Assembly (NCBI GenBank): GCA_000996245.1 | Contig: LBYP01000003.1 | Span: 9,509-73,508 of the forward strand | DNA from: Parcubacteria group bacterium GW2011_GWA2_40_23 | GTDB lineage: Bacteria > Patescibacteriota > Patescibacteriia > UBA11705 > JABHMO01 | Reading direction: 5' to 3' | Length of the DNA: 64,000 nt | Part shown: positions 20,040 to 28,695 of the stretch, one piece after another | How the letters are laid out: each line of letters starts with the position of its first letter | Position numbering within the stretch: the first letter of the stretch is position 1 | The notes under the pieces: generated by a model | What the model saw: only the letters and a program-made list of their open reading frames with translations | Told to the model about the DNA's origin: nothing | The model's database searches: none | Made by a program: the position numbers and the translations under genes

Positions 20040-20308
20040 TTTTTGTGATTATATGATTGCCATGATTAAGATAGGTTGTTGTATCGGAAAAAGTTTGAAA
20101 TCATAATTATCATAAAAATCATAGTTAATCATAGTAATGGTAGTGTGCTTGAGTGAAATCATGGTAATCACAAAAATCATAGTTAATCATAGTAATGGTA
20201 GTGTACTTGAGTGAAATCATGGTAATCACAAAAATCATAGTTAATCATAGTAATGGTAGTGTTCCTGAGTAAAATCATGGTAATCATTTAATCATGTAAT
20301 CATAGTAA
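20027..20308 (+). repeat. AATCAT repeat array B: inverted leader + three 58-bp units + partial
   Basis: Units start at 20098, 20156, 20214 and 20272. Consensus aaatcatggtaatcacaaaaatcatagttaatcatagtaatggtagtgt..tgagtg. Confidence 0.95.
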
Positions 20309-20319
20309 GCGAAGCGCAC

Positions 20320-20889
20320 ATGCTCAAACAAATTGATCTTAATCAAAACAAAGTCGATTATACTCTTAAAGTCAGTAAACGTTCACGTCGACTGCGACTC
20401 GCAGTATATTGTGATGGTCAACTTGTTGTTACTGCCCCCAGATTCATGAGTCTACATTACGTCGAAGCGTTTATTTTACAAAAAGCTCAGTGGATTTTGA
20501 GTCGAATAGACTATTTTAAGAAATTTCCAGGCAAAGCCTTGGGGCGTTTAACGAAAAAAGATTATTTTGAACACAAAGCACCGGCCTTGATGCTTGTCCA
20601 GACTCGAATAGCGCACTTCAATCAATTCTATAATGTTAAAATAAACAGGATCAGCATTAAAAATCAAAAAACACGTTGGGGTTCGTGTTCCAAAAAAGGT
20701 AATTTGAACTTTAATTATAAAATAGTCTTAATGCCAACAGAAATGGCGGATTATATTATTGTACATGAGCTCTGTCATCTGATAGAATTTAATCATTCAC
20801 GTAACTTCTGGGTTTTAGTCGCGAGGACTATACCAAGTCATTTGAAAATACGTAGGGAATTAAGAAAAGGGAACTTTAAAATTATTTAG
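20320..20889 (+). CDS. YgjP/DUF45 (M48-like) metallopeptidase-domain protein
   Basis: QKTRWGSCS, DYIIVHELCHL, NHSRNFW. Confidence 0.88.
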   Translation: MLKQIDLNQNKVDYTLKVSKRSRRLRLAVYCDGQLVVTAPRFMSLHYVEAFILQKAQWILSRIDYFKKFPGKALGRLTKKDYFEHKAPALMLVQTRIAHFNQFYNVKINRISIKNQKTRWGSCSKKGNLNFNYKIVLMPTEMADYIIVHELCHLIEFNHSRNFWVLVARTIPSHLKIRRELRKGNFKII

Positions 20890-20945
20890 CATCGGGAAAA
20901 CTCGTCTAGATTATGCTTTTCATAATTATTTGATTACCATGATTA
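20890..20945 (+). repeat. left copy of 56-bp direct repeat flanking GxxExxY
   Basis: 48/56 ungapped identity to 21353-21408 by manual alignment. Confidence 0.85.
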
Positions 20946-20958
20946 GGAAGAGAAAATC

Positions 20959-21372
20959 ATGATAAACGAAAAATATCCCGAGAGCGAATTAACTGAAAAA
21001 ATAATAGGTTGTACCATGGAGGTGCACAAGTATTTTGGTAATGGTTTTCAGGAAGTTATTTACCAAAGAGCATTGGCTATTGAAATGAGATCTCGGGGGC
21101 TGGTCTTTAGTCGCGAACATGAAATGGATATTTATTACAAAGGTACGCATATTGGAACAAGACGTGTCGATTTCTTTGTAGAAGATAAAATAATGGTTGA
21201 GTTGAAAGCCGTAATTACGCTAGAAGATGTTCATCTCGCACAAGCGCTAAATTATTTAGAAGCGTATAATATGGAAATAGGACTGTTGATAAATTTTGGA
21301 TCAAAAAGTTTAACATTTAGAAGGTTGATGAAGAAGAAACGAAAAATTAATCCATCGGAAAAACTCGTCTAA
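20959..21372 (+). CDS. GxxExxY protein (PD-(D/E)XK nuclease superfamily)
   Basis: VHKYFGNGFQEVIYQRAL, RVDFFVEDKIMVELKA, AQALNYLEA...GLLINFG. Confidence 0.93.
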   Translation: MINEKYPESELTEKIIGCTMEVHKYFGNGFQEVIYQRALAIEMRSRGLVFSREHEMDIYYKGTHIGTRRVDFFVEDKIMVELKAVITLEDVHLAQALNYLEAYNMEIGLLINFGSKSLTFRRLMKKKRKINPSEKLV

Positions 21373-21644
21373 ATCATGATTTTTGTGATTATATGATTAC
21401 CATGATTACAACAAGCAGCTTTGTTGTGAAATCACAGTCATCATAAGAATCATAGTTAATCATAGTAATGGTGCTGTCCTCGAGCTAAATCATAGTAATC
21501 ACACAAATCATAGTTAATCATAGTAATGGTGGTGAGGTGCTCGAGCGAAATCATGGTAATCATCTAAATCATAGTTAATCATAGTAATGGTAGTTGGGTG
21601 AATAAATTAAAATCATAGTTATCATTTAATTATAGTAATCATAG
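21353..21644 (+). repeat. AATCAT repeat array C: direct-repeat/inverted leader + three units + partial
   Basis: Units start at 21429, 21487, 21548 and 21610. An acaacaa-gcagct-ttgttgt hairpin lies between leader and units. Confidence 0.95.
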
Positions 21645-21651
21645 ACAAAGT

Positions 21652-21933
21652 ATGGAAAACACAAATGTGAATCAACCGGTAGTCGAGAAAAAATCGTCGC
21701 ATAAAGTTCTTTGGGGTGTGTTGTGCTTAATTGTTCCTTTCTTGTTGTTTGTTCTGACCTTAAGTGCCTACGCTATTGTTGCCTTTATATCTCAGCAATC
21801 TGCCGTTGAGCCTACTGATACGATACAAAAGGTACAAATGGGTTTAGGTATTTTTGGCATGGTAGACTTTCTTGCTTTCATCGTAGGCATTCCTGTGGGC
21901 ATTGTTTTGTTAGTGAAGAGTAAGAAATCTTAG
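21652..21933 (+). CDS. small 2-TM membrane protein
   Basis: Two hydrophobic helices. Confidence 0.7.
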   Translation: MENTNVNQPVVEKKSSHKVLWGVLCLIVPFLLFVLTLSAYAIVAFISQQSAVEPTDTIQKVQMGLGIFGMVDFLAFIVGIPVGIVLLVKSKKS

Positions 21934-21942
21934 TTTATAATT

Positions 21943-22032
21943 TAATCATGGTAATCATATAAATCATGTTAATCATAGTAATGGTGTTTGAGCGAAAATC
22001 ATAGTAATCACATAAATCATAGTTAATCATAG
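21943..22032 (+). repeat. AATCAT repeat array D (2 units)
   Basis: taatcatggtaatcatataaatcatgttaatcatagtaatggtgtttgagcgaaaatcatagtaatcacataaatcatagttaatcatag. Confidence 0.92.
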
Positions 22033-22036
22033 CTTT

Positions 22037-22666
22037 ATGACGGTTTGGGATAACATCTACAAAAATTATCAAAAAGGCGGCGACGCTTGGGCAACTCTTT
22101 CGGAAGAAATTCACCCTCTATTTAAAGAATTTTTGGAGAAAGAGAATTTTGATCTTAAAAGTATTTTTGATATTGGCTGTGGAACCGGTAAATATTTAGA
22201 ATTTTTAAAAGCTTATGGTTTTAAAACAGATGGAATTGATTCGAGTGAAACAGCAGTTGAAATGACAAAAGAAAAGCTTAGTTCCGATTCTGTTGTCACT
22301 TGTACTAACATGTTTGAGTTTGCTATCCCGCAAAATAAATATGATTTAGTTATTTCTATTGCTACAATTCATCACGGGACCAAGAAACAAGTTCAGGGTT
22401 TGATCAATAAAGTTTATGCGGTATTAGTCGAAAGTGGTAAAATCTTTATGACCTTGCCCGATATTGAAAGCACCAAGAAATGGAATACCTTTAAAGATCA
22501 TAAAGAAGTCGCGCCAGGAACCTTTGAACCACTGGCTGGTCCGGAACAGGGTTTGCCACACAGTTTTTATGCCAAAGAAGAAATTGAAGAATTGTTTTCA
22601 CGATTTACAAATGTGCAGATAGATTTGGATGATAGAGGGCGGTGGATTATAAGAGGAATAAAATAA
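22037..22666 (+). CDS. class I SAM-dependent methyltransferase
   Basis: IFDIGCGTGK, GIDSSETAV, YDLVISIATIHH. Confidence 0.88.
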   Translation: MTVWDNIYKNYQKGGDAWATLSEEIHPLFKEFLEKENFDLKSIFDIGCGTGKYLEFLKAYGFKTDGIDSSETAVEMTKEKLSSDSVVTCTNMFEFAIPQNKYDLVISIATIHHGTKKQVQGLINKVYAVLVESGKIFMTLPDIESTKKWNTFKDHKEVAPGTFEPLAGPEQGLPHSFYAKEEIEELFSRFTNVQIDLDDRGRWIIRGIK

Positions 22667-22671
22667 CAAAT

Positions 22672-23520
22672 ATGAGTCAATTTGATTTTCCACCACAAGA
22701 AAAGCCTCTAGGTGAGTCAGGTGCGACAATTAGTGTAGAAATTCTTGAGCAGATTAAAGAAGATTTGCGTGATTTATTTCGTAGTGCCGATGATCCAACT
22801 GCTATATTATTACAAACTATGGAATCTGAAGAATTTAAAGCAGTAGTCCCATCCGAACTGATTAATGATGTGAGAGAGAGACTACAAGCACTTACCTTTG
22901 AGAATGAAGATGATTTCGTAACTAAAGTAATTAGTGTTATAACGCCGGTATTAAAAATAACAAAACGAGGGAAAACGGATATTATTAAACAAGTTGGAAG
23001 AGAAATGTTTACACCGGCTGATATAGAAGCAACAAGTGCTATTATTAAAGAAAGCGGTGCAAAAAAAATTTATGTCGTGGGGAACACTGGGTCTGGCAAA
23101 ACAACCTTTGCGAGGGAACTTTCTCGAGAAGTTGCTTACAAAAACATAGACATAGATCAGTGGTTTCAAATTTTTCGCCAAGAACAAAAACACGAAGCGA
23201 CAGGTTTGAAGGAACTTGTAGCTTATATTCTTGAAAAAGAGAAGCCGCCTTTTATTATTAACCATGCCGATTTATTAAGACAAGATTTAATTGAAGATGC
23301 TGATTTAGTAGTTTTTCTTAATCCTAAAAAAGAAGAACAATTGAAAAGTCATCAACTGCGAACTGAAAGTGGTGCCGAGGGAGAATGGAAAAATGTCAGC
23401 ACCGATGATTACGAGCTAATTGCGGCACAAAATATTGCTAAATTAGAACTTTTAGGAGGAGAAATTAAATATCAGAATGAAAAATCTGGGACTTCTGTTC
23501 TTGTGATAGGATCCAATTAG
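22672..23520 (+). CDS. P-loop NTPase/kinase-domain protein
   Basis: IYVVGNTGSGKTTFAREL. Confidence 0.65.
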   Translation: MSQFDFPPQEKPLGESGATISVEILEQIKEDLRDLFRSADDPTAILLQTMESEEFKAVVPSELINDVRERLQALTFENEDDFVTKVISVITPVLKITKRGKTDIIKQVGREMFTPADIEATSAIIKESGAKKIYVVGNTGSGKTTFARELSREVAYKNIDIDQWFQIFRQEQKHEATGLKELVAYILEKEKPPFIINHADLLRQDLIEDADLVVFLNPKKEEQLKSHQLRTESGAEGEWKNVSTDDYELIAAQNIAKLELLGGEIKYQNEKSGTSVLVIGSN

Positions 23521-23593
23521 GTTTTATCTTTTTCTAAGGAATATGACCAAATAAATTTTTGTGCTATTTCTGAAGAAGTTTTTCATGATTAAA

Positions 23594-23799
23594 AAATCAT
23601 AGCCCATCAAATAATCATAGTAATGGTGCTTGAGCGAAATCATAGTCCATCATTTAATCATAGTTAATCATAGTAATGGTGGCTGTGTGTTCGAGCGAAA
23701 TCATAGTAATCACACAAATCATAGTTAATCATAGTAATAGTGCTGTCCTCGATCTAAATCATAGTCATCACATAAATCATAGTTAATCATAGTAATGGT
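23594..23799 (+). repeat. AATCAT repeat array E (4 units, first partial)
   Basis: Units near 23594, 23637, 23698 and 23756. Confidence 0.93.
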
Positions 23800-24328
23800 C
23801 ACAATCACAAAAGCTCACCCAGGCGCCGAAAAGCAGATTTCTGCTTTAGCCGATGATTATTGTCTAAAAGATAAAACAGAAAAAATCAGTAATTCTGGTT
23901 TTATTGTTTTTCCTAAACCGCCAGCCAAGTTTTTGAAGCGGATTAATCATTGTCAGTATTTTTATGTGGCTAAAGAAGGGCACAAGTTAGTGGGATATTT
24001 ATTGGCTTATACATTGAAAGAAATGGAAGATCTGAATGAAAACTTTTCTTATTTTGATGATCTCAAAAATGCGAGCGAAGGCAAGGATATAGTTTTTTTA
24101 GATCAAATAGTAGTTAGTCGAGAGTATACTGGTCGTGGTCTTGGACAAAACTTATTAGATCATTTACTAAGCAACTTGAAGGATAAACATGTTTTTGGAT
24201 TTATACTTCATGCACCAACTAGAAATCAAAGATCGATAAATTTTTTTCAATCAAAAAACAACTGGCAGTTAATTAAAGAAGTAAGTATCGAAGGCATGCT
24301 CTGTGGGCTTTACGGTTTCAAATATTAG
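23795..24328 (+). CDS. GNAT family N-acetyltransferase
   Basis: LDQIVVSREYTGRGLGQNL, NQRSINFF. The ATG lies inside the last repeat unit. Confidence 0.8.
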   Translation: MVTITKAHPGAEKQISALADDYCLKDKTEKISNSGFIVFPKPPAKFLKRINHCQYFYVAKEGHKLVGYLLAYTLKEMEDLNENFSYFDDLKNASEGKDIVFLDQIVVSREYTGRGLGQNLLDHLLSNLKDKHVFGFILHAPTRNQRSINFFQSKNNWQLIKEVSIEGMLCGLYGFKY

Positions 24329-24336
24329 TTGATAGA

Positions 24337-24603
24337 AAATCATGGTAATCATTTAATCATAGTTAATCATAGTAATGGTGGCGTTCCTGAGCTAAATCAT
24401 GGCAATCATTAAATCATAGTTAATCATAGTAAGGGTGCTGTTCCCGAGCTAAATCATAGTCATCACAGAAATCATAGTTAATCATAGTAATGGTGCTGTT
24501 CTCGAGCTAAATCATGGCAATCATTAAATCATAGTTAATTATGGTAATGGTGATGTGTCTGAGCTAAATCATGGTAATCACACAAATCATAGTTAATCAT
24601 AGT
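24337..24603 (+). repeat. AATCAT repeat array F (5 units)
   Basis: Units near 24337, 24394, 24451, 24509 and 24566, each full unit ending in gagct. Confidence 0.95.
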
Positions 24604-24621
24604 CCCGATAGTTAAGTTTTT

Positions 24622-25131
24622 ATGAACATACTTTTATTAATCATTTTTATCTTCGCCATCACCTTCGCCTACGCTGGCATTCGTGGCGCACCTTGGGCAC
24701 CAACGAAAAAAAATGATGTACCGCGATTCTTAGAATTAGCTGATATCAAGGGTGGCGAAAAGGTTTATGATTTAGGTTGCGGTGACGGTCGTTTGCTTTT
24801 CGCAGCAGCAGAAAAAGGCGCGGAGGTCATTGGCTATGAGATTTCTTTGTTGCCTTATTTGATTGCGAAGATTAAGCAGTTTTCATTTGTGAAAAAAGAG
24901 CATACTCGGATATTTTTTAAAGATTTTTGGCATGTTAATTTAGCTGAGGCTGATCTTGTTTATTTTTTTCTTATGCCCAAAATTTATGACAAACTTAAAG
25001 CTAAGTTTGAAAAAGAATTAAAACCAGGTAGTCGCGTTATTGCTTATGTTTGGCCGATTGAGGGTTGGACACCGATTAAGGTTAGTACTCTCGAAAATGC
25101 ACAAAAGATTTATCTTTATAAAATAAAATAA
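24622..25131 (+). CDS. membrane-anchored SAM-dependent methyltransferase
   Basis: N-terminal TM, GAPWAPT, YDLGCGDGR, ELKPGSRV. Confidence 0.85.
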   Translation: MNILLLIIFIFAITFAYAGIRGAPWAPTKKNDVPRFLELADIKGGEKVYDLGCGDGRLLFAAAEKGAEVIGYEISLLPYLIAKIKQFSFVKKEHTRIFFKDFWHVNLAEADLVYFFLMPKIYDKLKAKFEKELKPGSRVIAYVWPIEGWTPIKVSTLENAQKIYLYKIK

Positions 25132-25153
25132 AATAAAATAATTAATTGACCAA

Positions 25154-26347
25154 ATGGAAAAAGGAAATAAATATTGTCATGATTGTGGCCAACCAAAAGT
25201 TGAACACATTAATACCTGGATGGAAGAATTGCTAGGTCGTGTTTTGCCATCATTAAAATTACCAAAAAAGTTGGAAGAAATTTCTGATATTATTATTGAA
25301 AAGATTTTTACTCTTTCGAAATTGGCGAGGTTTACAACTGATTTTACTTCGGCAGACATTCAACTCCGCTCATCTTGTTTTATGGCTGAAATGAGGCCAC
25401 GCGGCGCAGTTTTTTATGCTACTAAAACTTCTTATGGCTTTACTAATTATTTTAAAATGGAAGTTGCAGATAAAATTTTTAGGTTCGAGACATTACCCCT
25501 AGCAAAGTTCGAAAGTAAATACCCCGCGAAGCTTGTGGATGACAAAGAATTAGCCAAACGTCACTGCCAAAACGGAGGTTTTCCCATAGCCGAAGGACGG
25601 GTTTTTTGGTTTTGGCAGAAAAAGAAGGCCATGGAATTTGCTCGTCAAGTCGGTTTCCCTTTGGTTGTTAAACCGCGCAGTGGCTCTGTCAGTCGTCACG
25701 TCACAACCAATATACAAAATGACGAGCAGCTAGAAAAAGCTATTCGTCATAGCATCAGTTATTCTCCATCTTTTATTATTGAAAGATTTATGGCTGATAC
25801 TTCAGTGTATAGAGCCACAGTAATTGATTTTGATTTTGTGGCCTGTATTAAACAGGTGCCCGCAAATATTGTCGGCGATGGGATATCGACTATACGTGAA
25901 CTCATCAATCAAAAGAATAATGATTCACGTAGGGGTGACCCAAAACAAAAGCAATTAACGCTTTATAAATTGGTGGAAAATGAAACGACCCAAAAGTTAT
26001 TAGATGAAAAAATGTATGACGATGGTACTATTTTAGCAAAGGACGAGAGTTTCTTTCTACAAAACAATCCATTTTTGAAACTTGGTGGTGATCTTGTTGA
26101 AGTTACGCCTATTGTTCATCCGGACAATCTGCAATTATTTAGAGACTTGGCGCGTCATTTTGATATTCGTTTAACAGGGATAGACTTTTTGGTGAATGAT
26201 ATTTCAGTCTCCTGGAAAGATCAACCTTGCGCAATTCTAGAATTAAACAGTGCACCTTGCATTGAGTTACATCATTATCCATCTTCTGGGGAGCCGACCA
26301 ACCCGGCTGGCGCCTTGGCAGATATGTTTTTTAAATATTACCTATGA
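25154..26347 (+). CDS. ATP-grasp protein (cyanophycin synthetase/GshF C-domain-like)
   Basis: GFPLVVKPRSGS, PANIVGDG..TIRELI, GIDFL, ILELNSAP. Confidence 0.8.
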   Translation: MEKGNKYCHDCGQPKVEHINTWMEELLGRVLPSLKLPKKLEEISDIIIEKIFTLSKLARFTTDFTSADIQLRSSCFMAEMRPRGAVFYATKTSYGFTNYFKMEVADKIFRFETLPLAKFESKYPAKLVDDKELAKRHCQNGGFPIAEGRVFWFWQKKKAMEFARQVGFPLVVKPRSGSVSRHVTTNIQNDEQLEKAIRHSISYSPSFIIERFMADTSVYRATVIDFDFVACIKQVPANIVGDGISTIRELINQKNNDSRRGDPKQKQLTLYKLVENETTQKLLDEKMYDDGTILAKDESFFLQNNPFLKLGGDLVEVTPIVHPDNLQLFRDLARHFDIRLTGIDFLVNDISVSWKDQPCAILELNSAPCIELHHYPSSGEPTNPAGALADMFFKYYL

Positions 26348-26904
26348 TAAGTTTATTTTTTTCAGTTTTTTTGGCAGCCATTATTGTTATTCTGTTCATC
26401 TTTTGGTTGATTTTTATGGTCGATTCTGTTACTCGCGGACATGACTTACCAACGGGACGAAATCAAAGAAAAGAAATCTTTAAAATTATTTCAGAACAGA
26501 AGACAGCTCAAACTTTTTATGATTTAGGTTGTGCACACGGGGCATTGGCTGTGCGGATAAAAGGGAAATTTCCAGCTTTGTCAGTTTATGCCATTGATAT
26601 GGGCTCAGTACGTATCTTCTTTGCTAAAATCAGGGCGTTTGTTTTAAGAAAAAAAGTAAATTTTATTTGTGCTGACATTTTCAATGTTGACTTAAGCCAA
26701 GCTGATATTGTCTACACCTACCTTTGGTATGATATTATGCCAGCCTTAGAAAAAAAGCTTCAAAAAGAATTAAAACCTGGTGCGATTGTCGTTACGAATA
26801 CTTCAAGTTTTCTGAATTGGAAACCAATAAAAGAAATAGCCCCACCGGACAAAGCTTCGCAAAAAGTAAATATTGAAACTTTGTTTGTCTATCGAAAAGA
26901 ATAA
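26344..26904 (+). CDS. membrane-anchored SAM-dependent methyltransferase
   Basis: N-terminal TM, YDLGCAHG, ELKPGAIV. Paralog of 24622. Confidence 0.82.
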   Translation: MISLFFSVFLAAIIVILFIFWLIFMVDSVTRGHDLPTGRNQRKEIFKIISEQKTAQTFYDLGCAHGALAVRIKGKFPALSVYAIDMGSVRIFFAKIRAFVLRKKVNFICADIFNVDLSQADIVYTYLWYDIMPALEKKLQKELKPGAIVVTNTSSFLNWKPIKEIAPPDKASQKVNIETLFVYRKE

Positions 26905-26944
26905 AAAAACCCCGCTAACAGTGTCGACCGAAAGCGGGTTTTTT
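26903..26944. terminator. bidirectional terminator
   Basis: aaaaaaacccgct...agcgggtttttt between convergent genes. Confidence 0.65.
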
Positions 26945-27016
26945 ATTTCCAATTGTCGCGAAGAGAGCGGCTTGCCCTGAAGTCAAACGCAGTTTGTACT
27001 TCAGGGGCGTTGTTGT

Positions 27017-27823
27017 CTATTCCAGCGGTCCGAAGCTGAGATCTTCGCCGCAGTAGGGACAGTTCTTGACCGCACCGGGCAGGCAGGCGAGCTTCGTCTG
27101 TTTTGCCCTCGGACCGGAGATGTCGATCCAGATGAGCGGTTCACCTTCGGGCGACCAGACGATCCTGTCGACCAGCCTGGTGAATCTGGGGAAGCCGCCT
27201 TGCTTCGGGGTGAGGCTGGCTTGGGCTTCGAGCGCCCGCATGTTTTTGCAGCGATGCAGGTAGCTGCCATCGGGATGGAGGGTCCAGACCGCGTTGTGCA
27301 GTTCCCACTCTTTTTGGAGCAGTTCGATGTACGCCCCGTGATCGAAGCCCAGGTGCGTAGGTACTTCGAACAAGGGGATGAACATGGGATTGACTTGAAG
27401 TGTGTTCAGCCATTTTAGCTCGGGCTTGGTTTCCAGGTCGAGGCGCAGGACCATCGAAAGCCGCCGCTTGTCTGTGCGCTTATCGCGATACAGATCCGAG
27501 TGGAAGTACTGCTTGGCCCAGAGCTTGGGGTCTATCTCGAGACCGAAAGTTGCGGCCAGACGCGTGGCTGTCTGGTTGATGTCATGGTCGCAGAGGCTTT
27601 CTTCGACAGCTGGTTTGCTGACAAAGCTGCGACGCTGACTGACTAAATTCCCGGTTGCGAACTCGGTCGTAGGCAGACAGTGCAAGTGCATCGGCAGGTT
27701 CACCAGGGACTCGAATTTGGGCAGAACGAGCAGGATCTCTGGGGTCTTGGTCCGGAACTTGCGGGTTACCATGATGGACAGGTCTAGCACCAGTGGTGTG
27801 AGTCTTGCTTTCTTGCTTGTCAT
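27017..27823 (-). CDS. GC-rich protein with degenerate Nudix-like domain and C-terminal Cys motif
   Basis: LGFDH resembles Nudix LAFDH, plus HRC...CPYCG. AAGGAG SD and TTGACG-17-TAAATT promoter. Confidence 0.55.
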   Translation of the reverse strand: MTSKKARLTPLVLDLSIMVTRKFRTKTPEILLVLPKFESLVNLPMHLHCLPTTEFATGNLVSQRRSFVSKPAVEESLCDHDINQTATRLAATFGLEIDPKLWAKQYFHSDLYRDKRTDKRRLSMVLRLDLETKPELKWLNTLQVNPMFIPLFEVPTHLGFDHGAYIELLQKEWELHNAVWTLHPDGSYLHRCKNMRALEAQASLTPKQGGFPRFTRLVDRIVWSPEGEPLIWIDISGPRAKQTKLACLPGAVKNCPYCGEDLSFGPLE

Positions 27824-27887
27824 GATGGGCTCCTTCATGCCCAGTTGGACATTTCAATTTAGCAAATTATTGCTGTTCCGTCAACTC

Positions 27888-28380
27888 CATCCGATTTGCT
27901 CCATCCGATTTGCGAGCCTGCCTGCCGGCAGGCAGGGAGCACCTTTGTTAAGAAAGCGACGTTTACCCTGCACCTAAAGGGCACACTTTATGGTACAGGG
28001 CGGCAATCTCTTAATCAATCCCAAGGAAGCAATCTCCGACATCTTGATGATCGTTAGTTAGTAGGGGCTCAAGATATTGAGCCCCTGGATCTAAATTATC
28101 TTTGCCGTTTACCCCGAATCCAAAGGTCATTGCGAACCCAGCTCTGGGCAGGGGTGAAGCAATCTACCAATTCTCAATGATTTTGTTCTGCTAGAGAACA
28201 AAAGCTTTTTATCGCTGTTATTTATGATTGTTTCATTTTCTTGTTCCTCATAATGCGGTAAATGAAAATGTCATAGGGGTTCAAGACATTGAGCCCTCAT
28301 GGAGTTTTGGTCAAAAATACATTTTTCTGGTATAATTTTGTTTGTAGAAGAGTTTGTAGGGGTTCAAGATATTGAACCCT
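27888..28380. repeat. cluster of REP-like palindromes
   Basis: cctgcctgccggcaggcagg, ttgcga...gcaatct family copies (27903, 28126), gtagggg(c/t)tcaa...ttga(g/a)ccc copies (28061, 28274, 28356). Confidence 0.75.
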
Positions 28381-28429
28381 GCCACAAACAACATTTCAAT
28401 ATTTTTATTAAAAATTATTTTTAAAATTT

Positions 28430-28693
28430 ATGTCCTTAAACTTCCTTAAAGATTTTTACCACAATGTTCGTAATACCTTTATCTGGTTCGTTGTCTATTT
28501 TTTTCTCCAAGCCATAATTTGGATCGCTCTCGCAATTTTAATCCTTGTTTACCCGCAGGCGCTCTACGTGTTAGCTGCGGTTTTCTTTTTTATACTTGCG
28601 GTCGTCAGTTTTTATTTCGCTTGTGTGGTTATCAAATACGCACGTAAAATTAAAAAATTAAAAGATGCCTTAACTGGAGATTTACTCGATTAA
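28430..28693 (+). CDS. small membrane protein
   Basis: Two long hydrophobic segments, first gene of the galU operon. Confidence 0.7.
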   Translation: MSLNFLKDFYHNVRNTFIWFVVYFFLQAIIWIALAILILVYPQALYVLAAVFFFILAVVSFYFACVVIKYARKIKKLKDALTGDLLD

Positions 28694-28695
28694 GT

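Noticed and set aside
20098-24603. AATCAT arrays as CRISPR arrays
   Set aside because: Variable parts are only ~4-18 nt and resemble each other, repeats are internally periodic and degenerate, arrays are split among genes, and no cas genes are in the window.
18813-24603. Classical integron (attC) array
   Set aside because: No IntI or other tyrosine recombinase in the window, and I could not see RYYYAAC...GTTRRRY attC ends.
16153-27000. Prophage or integrative element at tRNA-Ser with att duplication
   Set aside because: No integrase, no phage structural genes, and no second copy of the tRNA 3' end seen.
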